Shown piece after piece: positions 40,401 through 52,978 of a stretch of DNA of 64,000 nt. Source of the stretch: Octopus bimaculoides (lineage: Eukaryota). The DNA is taken from assembly GCF_001194135.2 (NCBI RefSeq), contig NC_068983.1:14630705-14694704 (forward strand), in the 5' to 3' direction. The notes under the pieces are model-generated. The model had not been told where the DNA came from, made no database searches, and was given only the letters and a program-made list of their open reading frames with translations. How positions within the stretch are numbered: the first letter of the stretch is position 1; each line of letters opens with the position of its first letter. Both the position numbers and the translations under genes were made by a program.

Positions 40401-40611
40401 GCGGTGAGCTGGCAGAATCGTTAGCACGCTGGGCAAAGTGCTTAGCGGTATTTCGTCTGTCTTTACGTTCTGAGTTCAAATTTCGCCGAAGTCGATGTTG
40501 CCGTTCATCCTTCGGGGTCGATAAATCAAGTATCAATTTAGCATTGCGATCTATGTAATTGACCCCCATCCCCCACAAGAGTTCAGGCCTTGTACCTTTA
40601 TTAGTGAGGAT
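40401..40611 (+). mobile_element. SINE family B, full length, between (TTA)n and an ATT tail
   Basis: A-box TGGCAGAATCG, B-box GTTCAAATTTC, core, and 3' GAGGATTATTAT. Confidence 0.9.
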
Positions 40612-40779
40612 TATTATCATTATTGTTTGATGAAAACACTCGGCTTATTTTACTGAGTATAGTGGAAAGTGTCAGCTGTCTTCAGCCAGCAAACTAAGGT
40701 GACGCTTCTTTACTGATCATGCTTCAAAAACCCTGCGGAGAACTCTTGCAAGAGAACTCTTCCTGTTTCTTAAATATGT

Positions 40780-41000
40780 TCTGGGTGTTACATTTTGACT
40801 AGGTCTCCTGCTGATTTTTCTAACAGCATCAACCAAAGGTTCCATCTACTGATTCACGCACTATCACCGTCTGTTTTCCTCAAAGACAACGCAGATCATG
40901 CATCTTATGAGATTTCCTCCTCATTTGTTTCTAGGCACATCCAATCTATCGATATCGCTTTTAGGGTGAAGTTCCTTGTTCAACGTCATCACTTTCTACA
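40780..41000 (-). mobile_element. Decayed R4/Dong-clade reverse transcriptase thumb fragment
   Basis: KVMTLNKELHPKSDIDRLDVPRNK*GGNLIRCMICVVFEEN matches the HPKSDVDRLYxxRKxGGRGL motif of RLE-bearing non-LTR RTs. Several stop codons. Confidence 0.78.
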
Positions 41001-41250
41001 TCCTCCTAAACAGAAACCTATTTATCTTGCTTCTAGTGGAGCATAAACATAATTCTCGATTGAAATCGTGGAGGGTTGGTATCAAAGATTTTGTTGTGTT
41101 CATTGAATTATTGCCGCTTTTAAATCGACAAATTTTGTGCGATTAAGCGAGGAAGTTCTTACTTCCAGCATTCTTAGATTTCAGATGTTTCTCTTATATT
41201 ATATTGCATTTCTGAAACACTTGTCTTTATCTGGGCTCTCTTGTTTCTTT

Positions 41251-41889
41251 ATGCCTAGCGGAATTTCGTCCGTCTTTAGCTCCTGAGTTCAAATTCCGCC
41301 GAGCTCTACTTCCATTTTATTCATTTGCGGCATATAAAATAAGAATCAATCAAGCACAAAACTCAATGTAATCGTCTTCTTACTCCATGAAACACTGCTG
41401 GCGCTGTGCCAAAATTGAAAGCCGTTATTATTATTATTATTGTTATTGTTACGGCAGTGAGTTGGCAGAATCGTTAGCACGTCGGGCGAAATGCTTAGCG
41501 GTATTTCGTCTGCCGTTACGTTCTGAGTTCAAATTCCGCCGAGGTTGACTTTGCCTTTCATCCTTTCGGGGTCGATTAAATAAGTACCAGTGAAAATAAT
41601 GGGGTCGATGTAATCGACTAGTCCCCTCCCCACAAAATTTCAAGGCCTTGTGCCTTCAGTAGAAAGGATAGTTATCATTACGGCGAATGTGGCGAGCTGG
41701 TAGAATCGTCAGCAGTATTTTGCCCGCCGCTACGTTCTGAGTTCAAATTCCGTCGAGGTCGACTTTGCCTTTCATGCTTTCGGGATCAATTAAATAACTA
41801 CCACTTATGCACTGGGGTTGATGTAATCGACTTAATCCTTTCCCCCAATTTCAGGCCTTGTGTTTCCAGTAGAAAATATTATTATTATG
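41251..41889 (+). mobile_element. Array of three head-to-tail family B SINEs (41251-41425, 41453-41669, 41691-41878)
   Basis: Three GTTCAAATTCCG B-boxes, separated by (ATT)-type spacers. Confidence 0.9.
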
Positions 41890-43686
41890 ACGTTTACCAT
41901 TATTAGCCCGTGGGAATGGGAGAATTAGTTGCTGAGGTGTTAGAGTGGCAACATTTGATAATTTAGGGAACAAATCACTCAGGGTTTGTAGTCCTCTCCC
42001 AGATGGCAGGTATTGCGTTACAAAAAGTTCGACAGCTAGAGAATATGTACTTGTCTAATATGATCCACTCTTACTATCTCTAAAATCGTTGTACGGATCA
42101 TCAGAACCATTATTCTGTATAATCATTGAATAAGATCTTCCGCATTTCTTCCTGAAATAAAATTAAATCTCTTACATATTCTGAGTTCAAATCCGGCTGA
42201 GGTGAAATATATTTTTCATCCATTCTGAGTCTGAATATCAACGTATAATTCAAGTACTGAGATCAATAAAATCCCTTCACAAACAATTTATGGTCTATTC
42301 CCAGTGATAATAATAAACCTCTTCATTACTATCATTACAAACAGCAGTATTATCATCGCCTTCATCTTTCTCATTAGCTTACTTATTTTACACTGCACTT
42401 AGCAGTTTTCGAATTTTTAATGCATTTTGGATAAATTACAATCTGTAATGGAAGATTAATTTCCTTTTCAGCGGCATTTGGCATCCAACAGCGTAATATT
42501 TTTTCCCCTTTTCTTTTTGTTAGATATTTTCCTGTTGAAATGCTTATATAATTCCATTTACTTGGCCAAAACAACATCTATTTACTTCACTTAAATATGT
42601 AGCTAATTGTATCACACATTTAGTGTACTGCTCGCGTGTTTGCATGTCCGCTAGTTTATTTAAACGAATGCATAATAAGTATTTACGTCACTCTAAACAC
42701 ATGTTACTGAACGTGGATGTTTAAGACACACACACCTACACACACAGACACGCACGCACACACTCATAGATGTGTGTGTGTATGTGTGTGTGCTCCTGGA
42801 TCTATATACACATGTGTACATACATGATTACACATACATATATACCGAAACATAAATACATTTTCATATGTATACGCACGCACAGACACGCACATATACG
42901 TGTATATGCTAGATTTATACGTATTGTGTACATGTTATACATACACATACACACACTCACACACACACACTCACACACACACACTCTCTCTCTCTCTCTC
43001 CTTCTCTCTCACACATATATGCTATCACGACTTTTACATGTATCGTATTAGAGTAAACAATATCTGCGTTTGTTTTACCTGTCGTGAAGCTTGTTATGTA
43101 TGATGAAAATTATCCTCATATCTGTATAATGTCTTTGTAAATAAGTGTTTGACAAATTATACCTATCTGTAACATTTGACCGACACTGTCTCAGTGTCGG
43201 TCAAATAACATGTCTCAGGACTAAGCAACGTAGAAATTACTGCTATGCTATTACTATTATCCATGTCTCACGTTTGATACTCCATACAAGTTGAACCAAT
43301 CCCTAAATGTAATAGTCGCACGGGAAATGTTCTACGTTTGGGTATTCTAGGTGCTGACTTTGCTGACGTCAGGCTAACATCATTGTGGTATCTGTCGTAG
43401 TGTAATAACTGCTAATCCGCATAATAACTACAAAGTGCGAAGGCCAGTCTTGGTATTCGTTCAGGTATTTTGAGTGTTTCAAACTGAATGTTGTCTTTCG
43501 CTGAATTTCAAAGTGATGCGTGGGTTGTAACAGTTTTTCTTTGATATTTTGTCCGACGTCTCCTATGTTGTATGAATTTCGATTCTCGTTTCAAGGAGTC
43601 TTATGGTGTCTCGTCAAAATTATCGCATTACTAGTTGATATATGTGTGTATATATATGTGTATGTGTGTATGTATATACATATATA

Positions 43687-44848
43687 CAGTACTGTGCAAG
43701 AGTCTTCAGTCCCTTTAAACTATTTTAAAATTCTACTATTGCCAAATTGTAAGTGGATGTTTCTCATTCCGTTTTTCACAGACGAAACACTGGCTCTGTT
43801 TGTGTCATTTCCATACCTAATCATTATAATTTGCATTAAGGGTTCGAAATGAAAGGAGAAGATGCGAGGCGACCAACAATAATGGCCGTGCAAATGTTTC
43901 TGGCCACCACACATAAACTAGTCAAGATACAGTGGTTTCAAATAGAAAAATGTCTATAATGAAAATCTATTACATAATGTCCATTTCAAGAAGTTACTGT
44001 AAATTGTTAATATTTCGTATGTCTTCTCTTAGCTTTCCTCGAAGCCTTCTGGCAAATTCTCGCTTATTAGAATACGAAACGACCCACGTTATACGACAAA
44101 AACAGTGAAATTTGGGTGTAAGATTCTGATGCTTGGGGATACACAAAAAGTGATGATTTAAAACAATTGGTTAAAATTGCTGGTGTCAAATACATCCAGT
44201 TGCTGAAGGACAATTTGATACCAAACATGGATGAAAGTAAAATTTTTCATTATGACGGAGCTTCAAGTCATACATCGCGTGCAACACAACAGAGTCTGGC
44301 TCATGAAAGTGTTACCATATTGAAAGTTTGGCTGGGTCAGAGCCCTGACTTAAATATCATCGAGCAAATGTGTACAGAACTAAAGAGAAGAGTTTGTCAG
44401 AAGACTTCACGCCATCTCGAAGAGTTGTGGGAGTTCAGACACAGAGAATGGCATCTCATACCTGTGAAAATGGTGAAGGATTTGTACGTGTATCACACCA
44501 AGGAAACTGAAGCAGCAATTAATCAAGCTAAGAGGAGCCACAGGAAGTATTATCAATGTAAAGTAACTTCTTGAAATGAATATTATGTAATAATTTTTCA
44601 TTATAGATATCTTTCTGTTTTAAAACACTGTATCATGATTAGTTTATGTGCAGTGGTCGGAAACATTTACACGGCCATTTTGGTGGTCGTCTCGCATCTT
44701 AGTACAAGATATAATGATTAGGTATAGAAATGACTCCAACAGGGCTAATATTTTATCTGTAAAAACACAATGCGAAACAACTGTTTATAAGTTATGAATT
44801 AGTAGAAATTTACAATAGTTTAATTTGACCGAAGACTTTTGCACAGAA

Positions 44849-44851
<3 letters not shown>
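43687..44851 (+). mobile_element. Tc1-like transposon, internally deleted, with long TIRs (~215-237 bp)
   Basis: TA|CAGTACTGTGCAAGAGTCTTC ... GAAGACTTTTGCACAGAACTG|TG. TIR similarity extends to about 43923 and 44637. A transposase C-terminus is present. Confidence 0.93.
44085..44574 (+). pseudogene. Tc1-like DDE transposase C-terminal fragment
   Basis: KTVKFG...WGY(T)KSD (frameshifted), then KYIQLLKDNLIP...FHYDGASSH...WLGQSPDLNIIEQMCTELKRRV. There are 35 residues between D and E. Confidence 0.88.
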
Positions 44852-44932
<81 letters not shown>

Positions 44933-44987
44933 ATTAATATTTCTAAGTCTCTCTAAAGGAGGCTACGGCAGCGGTACTACATATTAA

Positions 44988-45378
44988 TAGTTATCGCGAA
45001 ACGAACATGGCAGTCCAGAAAAAATAGGACGAATGCTGCCGCTGATTAGCTCCAAGAGGCAATCGCTTCTAGCTAACTATGTGACACATGAACCTGTATC
45101 CATTATAACCTTCGAAGAGGAGATGTCAGCTGTTTCCCCTTGCTGGTATGGCATCTACAGACTAGTTTCAGGCTATTTGCCCCTTATCTGTGTAGAGCAG
45201 CCGAACTCAGCAGGCATCACTGGTTATAATGGAAACAACAGCCGAACCCAGCAGGCGTCGAAGGTTATAATGGACACAGGTTCGTGTGTCACATAACAAG
45301 CTAGAGGCCTCTTGGAACTAATCAACGGCAGCATTCGGCCTATTTTTCTGGACTGCCATGTTAGCTTGGCCATAACTA
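44988..45378. mobile_element. 391-bp MITE with ~125-bp TIRs, TAG...CTA termini and TTAA flanks
   Basis: TTAA|TAGTTATCGCGAAACGAACATGGCAGTCCAGAAAAAATAGG ... CCTATTTTTCTGGACTGCCATGTTAGCTTGGCCATAACTA|TTAA. No coding sequence. Confidence 0.85.
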
Positions 45379-45400
45379 TTAATATATATATATCTATATC

Positions 45401-45442
<42 letters not shown>

Positions 45443-45446
<4 letters not shown>

Positions 45447-45554
45447 GGATTAAACGTAAAGTCGACCTCGGTGGAATTGGGACTCACAACATAAAGGCGG
45501 ACGAAATACCGCTAAGCATTTCGCCCGGCGTGCTAAAGCTTCCGCCAGCTCGGC
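45443..45554 (-). mobile_element. SINE family B, 5' half
   Basis: AAAGTCGACCTCGGTGGAATT...GAAATACCGCTAAGCATTTCGCCCGGCGTGCTAA. Confidence 0.85.
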
Positions 45555-46683
45555 TGATATATATACATATATATTCCGTTTTCCCAATTTCAATCACAAT
45601 GATAGTTTCACACACAAAGGCACACAGATGCTCACACATATTCACGCTGTTCTGCCTTGCTCTTTCCCCTTCCCACAGAAGGAACTCACGTTAAAACCAT
45701 AAGTCATTCGCAGATGAGCGACCGAAGTAACCATGAATAAAAGGCTGAAGGCCGAACTGTTAAAGAAGTCACGGATAGTTTGTGCACACACAGCCACAAA
45801 CACACATGCAAGCTGTCACACGGCTGTGCATACGCAACCACACACGCAAGAAACAAAGACATGTATTAATGTTCCCCTTTAAAAACGATGGCTATTGTAA
45901 AACACATTTGAAATATTTTATGAATGGAGAATGCAGCAAAAAAACAAAAACAAATATAAAATAATAAATAACAAGCGGTTTGTAGAAACGTACGTAGCAA
46001 TGTATTAAAGGATTTATGAATTATCATTCAAAAGTTCTCGTTATTGCAACATCCATCCTACACTATAGCGGCACCAGACTTAACAATCCCATAAAATTTC
46101 CCTGAAAGATGGGAATAATAAGCGGCAACCAGAATAAATGAAGATATTTCCTCCATCTGGCTGTTTTCTTTCTACAAAACAGAAAGTTACGTTGCAGAAC
46201 GGTCATTTTAACGAGTTGTATTTATTTATTTTATTTATCACCCGACGAGATACATCTGCACCACTGGAACCTCCTGAACCAGTTGTTGAGTGTCCCACCC
46301 AAGAGGAATCGATGCTATATATGTGTCGAAACAATTGTTGTGACTACCAAGGTTATTGAATTTACCTTTAATGTCCTGAATATGCCGCAGTTGTGTATTA
46401 TTTAATATATTTCTCAGGTGGAGTCAGTGGTGACGGAGAGTAACGAGGCTATGAATTACAGGTGCATTGTACGCCATTTCCATTTTCCCAATTTCACTCA
46501 CAATGTATGGGTTGACATTAGGCAACACAAAATATTGCCTGGTCAAGATGATGGGTAATGGAATCAAAATCTGAGCCCCATGCATGCGGGGAAAATTTCT
46601 TAACCATTCAACCATATTGTGCGTACGTATACATATATTTATAGATATAGAAACACAACCATATACACACAGGCATACAGCTG

Positions 46684-46751
<68 letters not shown>

Positions 46752-46938
46752 NNNNNNNNNNNNNNNNNNNNNNNNNNNNNNNNNNNNNNNNNNNNNNNNN
46801 NNNNNNNNNNNNNNNNNNNNNNNNNNNNNNNNNNNNNNNNNNNNNNNNNNNNNNNNNNNNNNNNNNNNNNNNNNNNNNNNNNNNNNNNNNNNNNNNNNNN
46901 NNNNNNNNNNNNNNNNNNNNNNNNNNNNNNNNNNNNNN

Positions 46939-47065
46939 TCTCTCTCTCTCTGTCTGTCTCTCTCTCTCTGTCTGTCTCTCTCTCTCTGTCTGTCTCTCTC
47001 TCTCTGTCTGTCTCTCTCTCTCTGTCTGTCTCTCTCTCTCTGTCTGTCTCTCTCTGTCTGTCTCT
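46939..47065 (+). repeat. 18-bp minisatellite (TCTCTCTCTCTCTGTCTG)n
   Basis: About six units of a higher-order TC/TG repeat. Confidence 0.9.
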
Positions 47066-48020
47066 CTCTCTCCCCCTCTCTCTCTCTATATATATATATA
47101 TATAGATGTTGTATATGTATATTTATTAATATTTATATATATAGATGTTGTATATGTATATTTATTAATATTTATAAATATATATGTCTACTTATATAAT
47201 ATATATAAATATATACATATATGCATACACAAACATTTATATATATATATATATATATACATACAAATACATGAGTATATATATATATATATATATATAT
47301 AGTGTGTGTGTGTGCGCGTGTGTGTGGGTGTGTGGGTACATATGTGCATGTGTGTGTTGTAATGTACGAGCTGTAAAATATTAAATTACATTGTAAGATA
47401 TTTTCTGATGAAGTATTCATTACGTTGGGTGTACTGGATAGATATGGTTATTACATCATACGTTGACACACACACCCACACTCACAAACACATAGATTTA
47501 TTCATATATATACATATGTATACATACATTCATATATATTCATATATATACATACATGTATATATATACATACATTCATACATATTCATATATATATACC
47601 TACATGTATGTATATGAACATTCATACAAACTTGTGTATGCGTTTATGTAACTACGAGCAAATATATATCCTCCATAAAATATTCCTATACGTACAAACT
47701 CATAAATTGAGACATATATGTATTTACACTATTTAAGATACTATCTATGAAGTGTCAGTATGTATATTAATTTTTGATCTATGTTGTGTAAACATGAAAG
47801 ACCCTTTCCGTGGCACACTCACATACACACACAAGCGCATGCGCTCTCTCATACACATGCTTTAAATCATATATATACCTTATATACACATATATTGCTA
47901 TAGGCATGCATACATACACGCTCGCACAAACATACACACACACATTATTCATGTATGCTGCTATGTATCTCTGTTTACCTTTATAACTCTGTGATGCCAT
48001 GTGTACAAATATATGTATGC

Positions 48021-48052
<32 letters not shown>

Positions 48053-49477
48053 NNNNNNNNNNNNNNNNNNNNNNNNNNNNNNNNNNNNNNNNNNNNNNNN
48101 NNNNNNNNNNNNNNNNNNNNNNNNNNNNNNNNNNNNNNNNNNNNNNNNNNNNNNNNNNNNNNNNNNNNNNNNNNNNNNNNNNNNNNNNNNNNNNNNNNNN
48201 NNNNNNNNNNNNNNNNNNNNNNNNNNNNNNNNNNNNNNNNNNNNNNNNNNNNNNNNNNNNNNNNNNNNNNNNNNNNNNNNNNNNNNNNNNNNNNNNNNNN
48301 NNNNNNNNNNNNNNNNNNNNNNNNNNNNNNNNNNNNNNNNNNNNNNNNNNNNNNNNNNNNNATATATATATATATATAGGTACGTATCATCTATAAATAT
48401 CGATAGATATTTGCATTTGTGTGTAAATATATGTGTACATGTATGCATATGCATGTAATATACTTTCATTTGCATACTACCTCTCGCACATGTTAATACA
48501 TAGACGTCTAATACCTCTACATATATCTTTTCATACATACAAACATGTGCATACATTGTCCAATAAATAATTTACCATGCTAGAAATTAAAAAAAAAAAT
48601 ACATACATACATATATACATGTAGATCTGTAAAATAAAATACTGCAAACTATATTTGAAAGTAATTCTGCTCTCTCTCATTTCCTATTTCTCTGAAGACA
48701 CATCAAACACTCGCTATTTCAGAGATTACAACACGTCAAATTTAGCTGTAATCTAAGTATGAGTAAATTACCCCAGTGCACAGATGGAAGCTTATGTAAT
48801 AAAACTACGCGAAGCGTCGAAAATTCACATCAGCCTATATCAAACACCTTGATTTTTCTATCGGTTTGTAGAATTTTTGAAAATTGTCTCAGCTGCTTGG
48901 CAATGAAACGCTTTGAAGGTGTCATTCGGTACATGCTTAATATATTTTCATATTGCGAGATGATTATATGTTTTGAGGATATAAGTCGCACATAGATATA
49001 TTAGTTATGCATAGATTATATTAATCACACGTTGATGTATCATTCCTCAGTTACGCAATCCCCGAAAGCATGAAGTATTAATACCGAAAAGAACGTGATG
49101 AATGACGAGTTAAGCATCCTGGATATTTAAGCTCCCGCTGCGGTTTCATTTCCCAGGTGAAACAATTGTATTTTTATTTTATTCAGTAGATCCAAGGGAA
49201 AGCCACGAATAGTACTTTCTACTGGCAATTTTCTCTCCCTTAAAATAGAAAACTTGACTTGCTAGAAGTAACACCTAACGCTAGAAATAAGAGCTAAATC
49301 AAACCCTGCTATTTTAAAAAGAGAGATAAAAGCCTTATATTATGTCTAATGGTTTAAATTTAAAAAAACGAGACGAAATATATGAATTCAACTACACTGA
49401 GAAATTTCAATTATTTTGAGGAAACTTTTTTATGATACTTTAACATTTTTTATTGCTTTTTGGTTTAATTTTTTTTT

Positions 49478-49687
49478 ACTTGTTTCAGTCATTAGGCAGT
49501 GGCCATGCTGGAGCGCCGCCATGAACTTTTCGTCGAATGAATTTGTTTTATAAGCCCGGTACTTATTGAATCGGCCTCTTTTGCCGATACCGGTTGTCAA
49601 GCGATGCTGGTGCCACAAACTAAGACGCAAAGATACACGCACACACATACATATATACATACAGATATACATACATACATACATACA

Positions 49688-49723
<36 letters not shown>

Positions 49724-50685
49724 TATANNNNNNNNNNNNNNNNNNNNNNNNNNNNNNNNNNNNNNNNNNNNNNNNNNNNNNNNNNNNAACATGGACAAAA
49801 TGATAAACAAGGTACAACAAACACGCAAGCCACATAGAAACATCTCCTTCATCAGCTGCCACCATTAAAACACCGGCGTTTCGAAGAATTAAGGCAGTAC
49901 GCATCGTTGAAATGGTTCTTCCCACGAACACAAATTAAATTTTTTTCGTGAAGAGTAGTGGCGAACGGAAAACAAGACAGGAAAACGAAACGGTGAATAA
50001 ACAAACAAGCAAAAAGGCTGTACAGCCAGACGTGAAGTGTGTATGTATTGAACTCTGTGAAGCACGAACAGGAGGGGCAAAGAAGTACGTGCGTGCTTGG
50101 GGAGTCCAAGAACGAAAAGAAATAGCAGCCGGACACACGTGACCNNNNNNNNNNAAGTACGTGCGTGCTTGGGGAGTCCAAGAACGAAAAGAAATAGCAG
50201 CCGGACACACGTGACCAAGGCTGTGTAAAGAGAAAGAGTAGCAGAGGGAAAAGAAGGGGAGGAAGTAGAATAAAAGTGAGCAACGAGAGGTAGAGAGAGA
50301 GAGAGAGAGAGATAGTAGTAGTAACGGTGAGAAGCGAAGGAAGAGTAACAAGAGATAGCGATAGAGAGAGAGAGATAGTAGTGACAGGTAGAGGCGAAGA
50401 ACAGTAGAGGGAAGAATGAGAGGGGGGATAGATATAGAGAGAGAGTCGCGTTAGAAAAATAGTTAAAACTTACTGTATAAAGGTTAACGCGTGTATATAT
50501 ATATATGTATGACGCGTGTATATATATCTATATATATGTATGACGGTCTTTTAGTTTCCGTCTACCAAATCCATTCAAAGGGCTTTGGCTATAGTTGAAG
50601 ACACTTGCCCAAGGTGCTACGCAGTGGGAGTGAACTGGGAACTATGTGGTTACGAAACAACTTTCTTACCAGACATCCACGCCTG
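49478..50685 (-). mobile_element. SINE family A split by a nested insert (3' part 49478-49620, 5' part 50541-50685)
   Basis: Both halves are on the minus strand in the correct order. They are separated by (ATAC)n, a gap, a ~430-bp complex segment and a GA tract. Confidence 0.65.
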
Positions 50686-51120
50686 CGCCAATGTTTTCGA
50701 ATGTTGTCTATAGAATAAACCAGGAGTTAAGATATTTATTTGCCAACGAGAAATCCACTAAATGTTTGATCAAATCATTCCAATTAACAAACATTCTGTC
50801 AAATCATAAGCAACTGTCTTCAAAAGAGGGATATACGACACAATGTCATTGTAGATGTACAGAAAGAGGGCATTACCACAATTCGATGCACTTAGATCTT
50901 TGCCCTCATCGACGAATTGTAGTGTGACATTCAAAAGACAAAATAATCAACATTTTTTTGCTTACACACTATATCTTGTTATTTTCGCAGACGACGGTGT
51001 AAGGCTTTATATATTGGTAAGAATGAAATTAAATCATCTCACTCTATATTAACATTTATCTTACTTATAAAGAGAGCTGTCTGGAGCACCAGAGTTATTT
51101 AATACATAGTTTCGTGTGTG

Positions 51121-51177
<57 letters not shown>

Positions 51178-51217
51178 ATTATAATATATATTATGATATA
51201 TATAATGATAATAACAC

Positions 51218-51255
<38 letters not shown>

Positions 51256-51867
51256 GTACATACATACACACACACACATAGACACACACACACATACATA
51301 TATACACGCTGAGTATATAATATATACTGTATGCACATATATATACAAATAAGTGTGTGGGTGTGTGTGTGTTTGTGCATGTATAGGAACAGGGGAAAAG
51401 AGAAGAAGAAAGTGACAAATCGAGCGCCAACATATTGCAAGAAATTAGTTAATGTTTCAATGTAATGACTGGCTTCAGTTGTGTCTGCTCACACCTACGT
51501 AGACTATATCATTGCCAGCTCGAAATATTTGCTATGGACACTTTGCTTCCATGGTGATAGATTAGCTAATTAGGTTACGTTACAAACACACTTTTCTGAT
51601 GCTTCATGAACACAAGAATCTACGCAGGCTGCATTGGTATTACTCAGACCTGCTCATAGAATTAGCAATTATATACCATTTTAGGCTTTAACGTTGTTAG
51701 TTGTCACAGTATAGGTAATTCATTGAAACCGGTTATGATTCTGGTATCCGATGGACATAATTTCGTGGTGCTTCATACAGAACATTTTGCCTTCACAGTT
51801 TCTTCACGACCTTGACAGCAATGTATCTAATGGCCAAAAATGGAAGCCAGTTGACAGTGTTACATAA

Positions 51868-52086
51868 GGAGGCATGCTGGTAGAATCGTTACCAAGCGGA
51901 GAAAATGTTTAATGCGAGATTTCATCCGTCTTTACGTTCTAAGTCACAAACCCATCGAGGTAGACTTTTTCTTGCATCCTTTCGGGGGTTAAAAAAATAA
52001 ACACCAGTTGAGCACTGTGGTCGATATAATTGAGAAGCCCCGTCCCTGGATGTCAGGCCTTTTGCCTATAGTAAAAAGGATTATTA
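51868..52086 (+). mobile_element. Old family B SINE
   Basis: TGGTAGAATCGTTA, TACGTTCTAAG, CATCCTTTCGGGG, tail AAAAGGATTATTAT. Confidence 0.75.
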
Positions 52087-52914
52087 TCTACATAGCATTC
52101 GTTGGTGTACTAGATGACCCATCTCCAACCGCTCAGTAGAGTTTTGAACTTCACTGTTACACTAGCATAGGTGCGAGTCAAATATTTGAAGATGGCTTCA
52201 CCGTTACGCTAGCATAGGTGCCGAGTCGAATAATTGAAGAGAATATCTGACTTATGTCCCTTCAAAAGTTGGTGTCAATAGCCCAGACTGCATTTCAGTA
52301 ATAACGTAAGAAACTTAACGTTAGAACTCCAGAAAACTAACGCCTGCACAACCTATACTGATTACAGCGAGGCACTAGTTGATTTTGGACAGAAATAGAT
52401 GAAAGAATCACAGTGTGCATATGAATATTTACTATACAAATACATGACATTTTTTTCCAATGGCTTCTTTGTTCAGCAACCAATAAAATTACGACGTTCT
52501 ATTGACAATTTATATTTCTATGAAATTGCATTACCTATTTCAGTCGTTTGAATTATAGGTAATGTGAGACTCAATTATAATTCAAGAATATCAACTTCTG
52601 GTGATGTGTATGTAAAATCAAATTTATATATCAGGTAGTTCATCAATCCATCAAGCGGAGTTACATCACTTGGAGAGAAAAACACTGCCTCTTGAAAATT
52701 CTGAAAAAGGGAAAATATTGCATAACTGGTAAGCCGAAAATCTAATCAAATGTGTGAGATGAAAAGTATATTTATCCAAAAGAGTAATACAGATTCCATG
52801 AAGAAACACAAGTTAAATGTCATAAATACCATCACAGAAAAAAACACTGATAACATATGGATCTCCAAAAACAGGTAGAAGATATATTTTTTCAAATTCA
52901 TTCAACAAATTTCA

Positions 52915-52978
<64 letters not shown>

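Noticed and set aside
40401-40500. tRNA-like A/B boxes here and in other SINE heads
   Set aside because: No complete cloverleaf, and they run into SINE core sequence, so they are not tRNA genes.
47101-47175. 39-bp AT-rich tandem duplication
   Set aside because: Ordinary slippage within a (TA)-rich field.
49840-49900. Possible type II hammerhead (CUUC-GAAAC-GCC ... CUGAUGA-AGGAG)
   Set aside because: Stem I cannot form and the triplet is GCC rather than NUH.
50083-50216. Exact 62-bp direct repeat flanking a 10-N gap
   Set aside because: Identical sequence on both sides of a minimal gap is a typical unmerged contig overlap.
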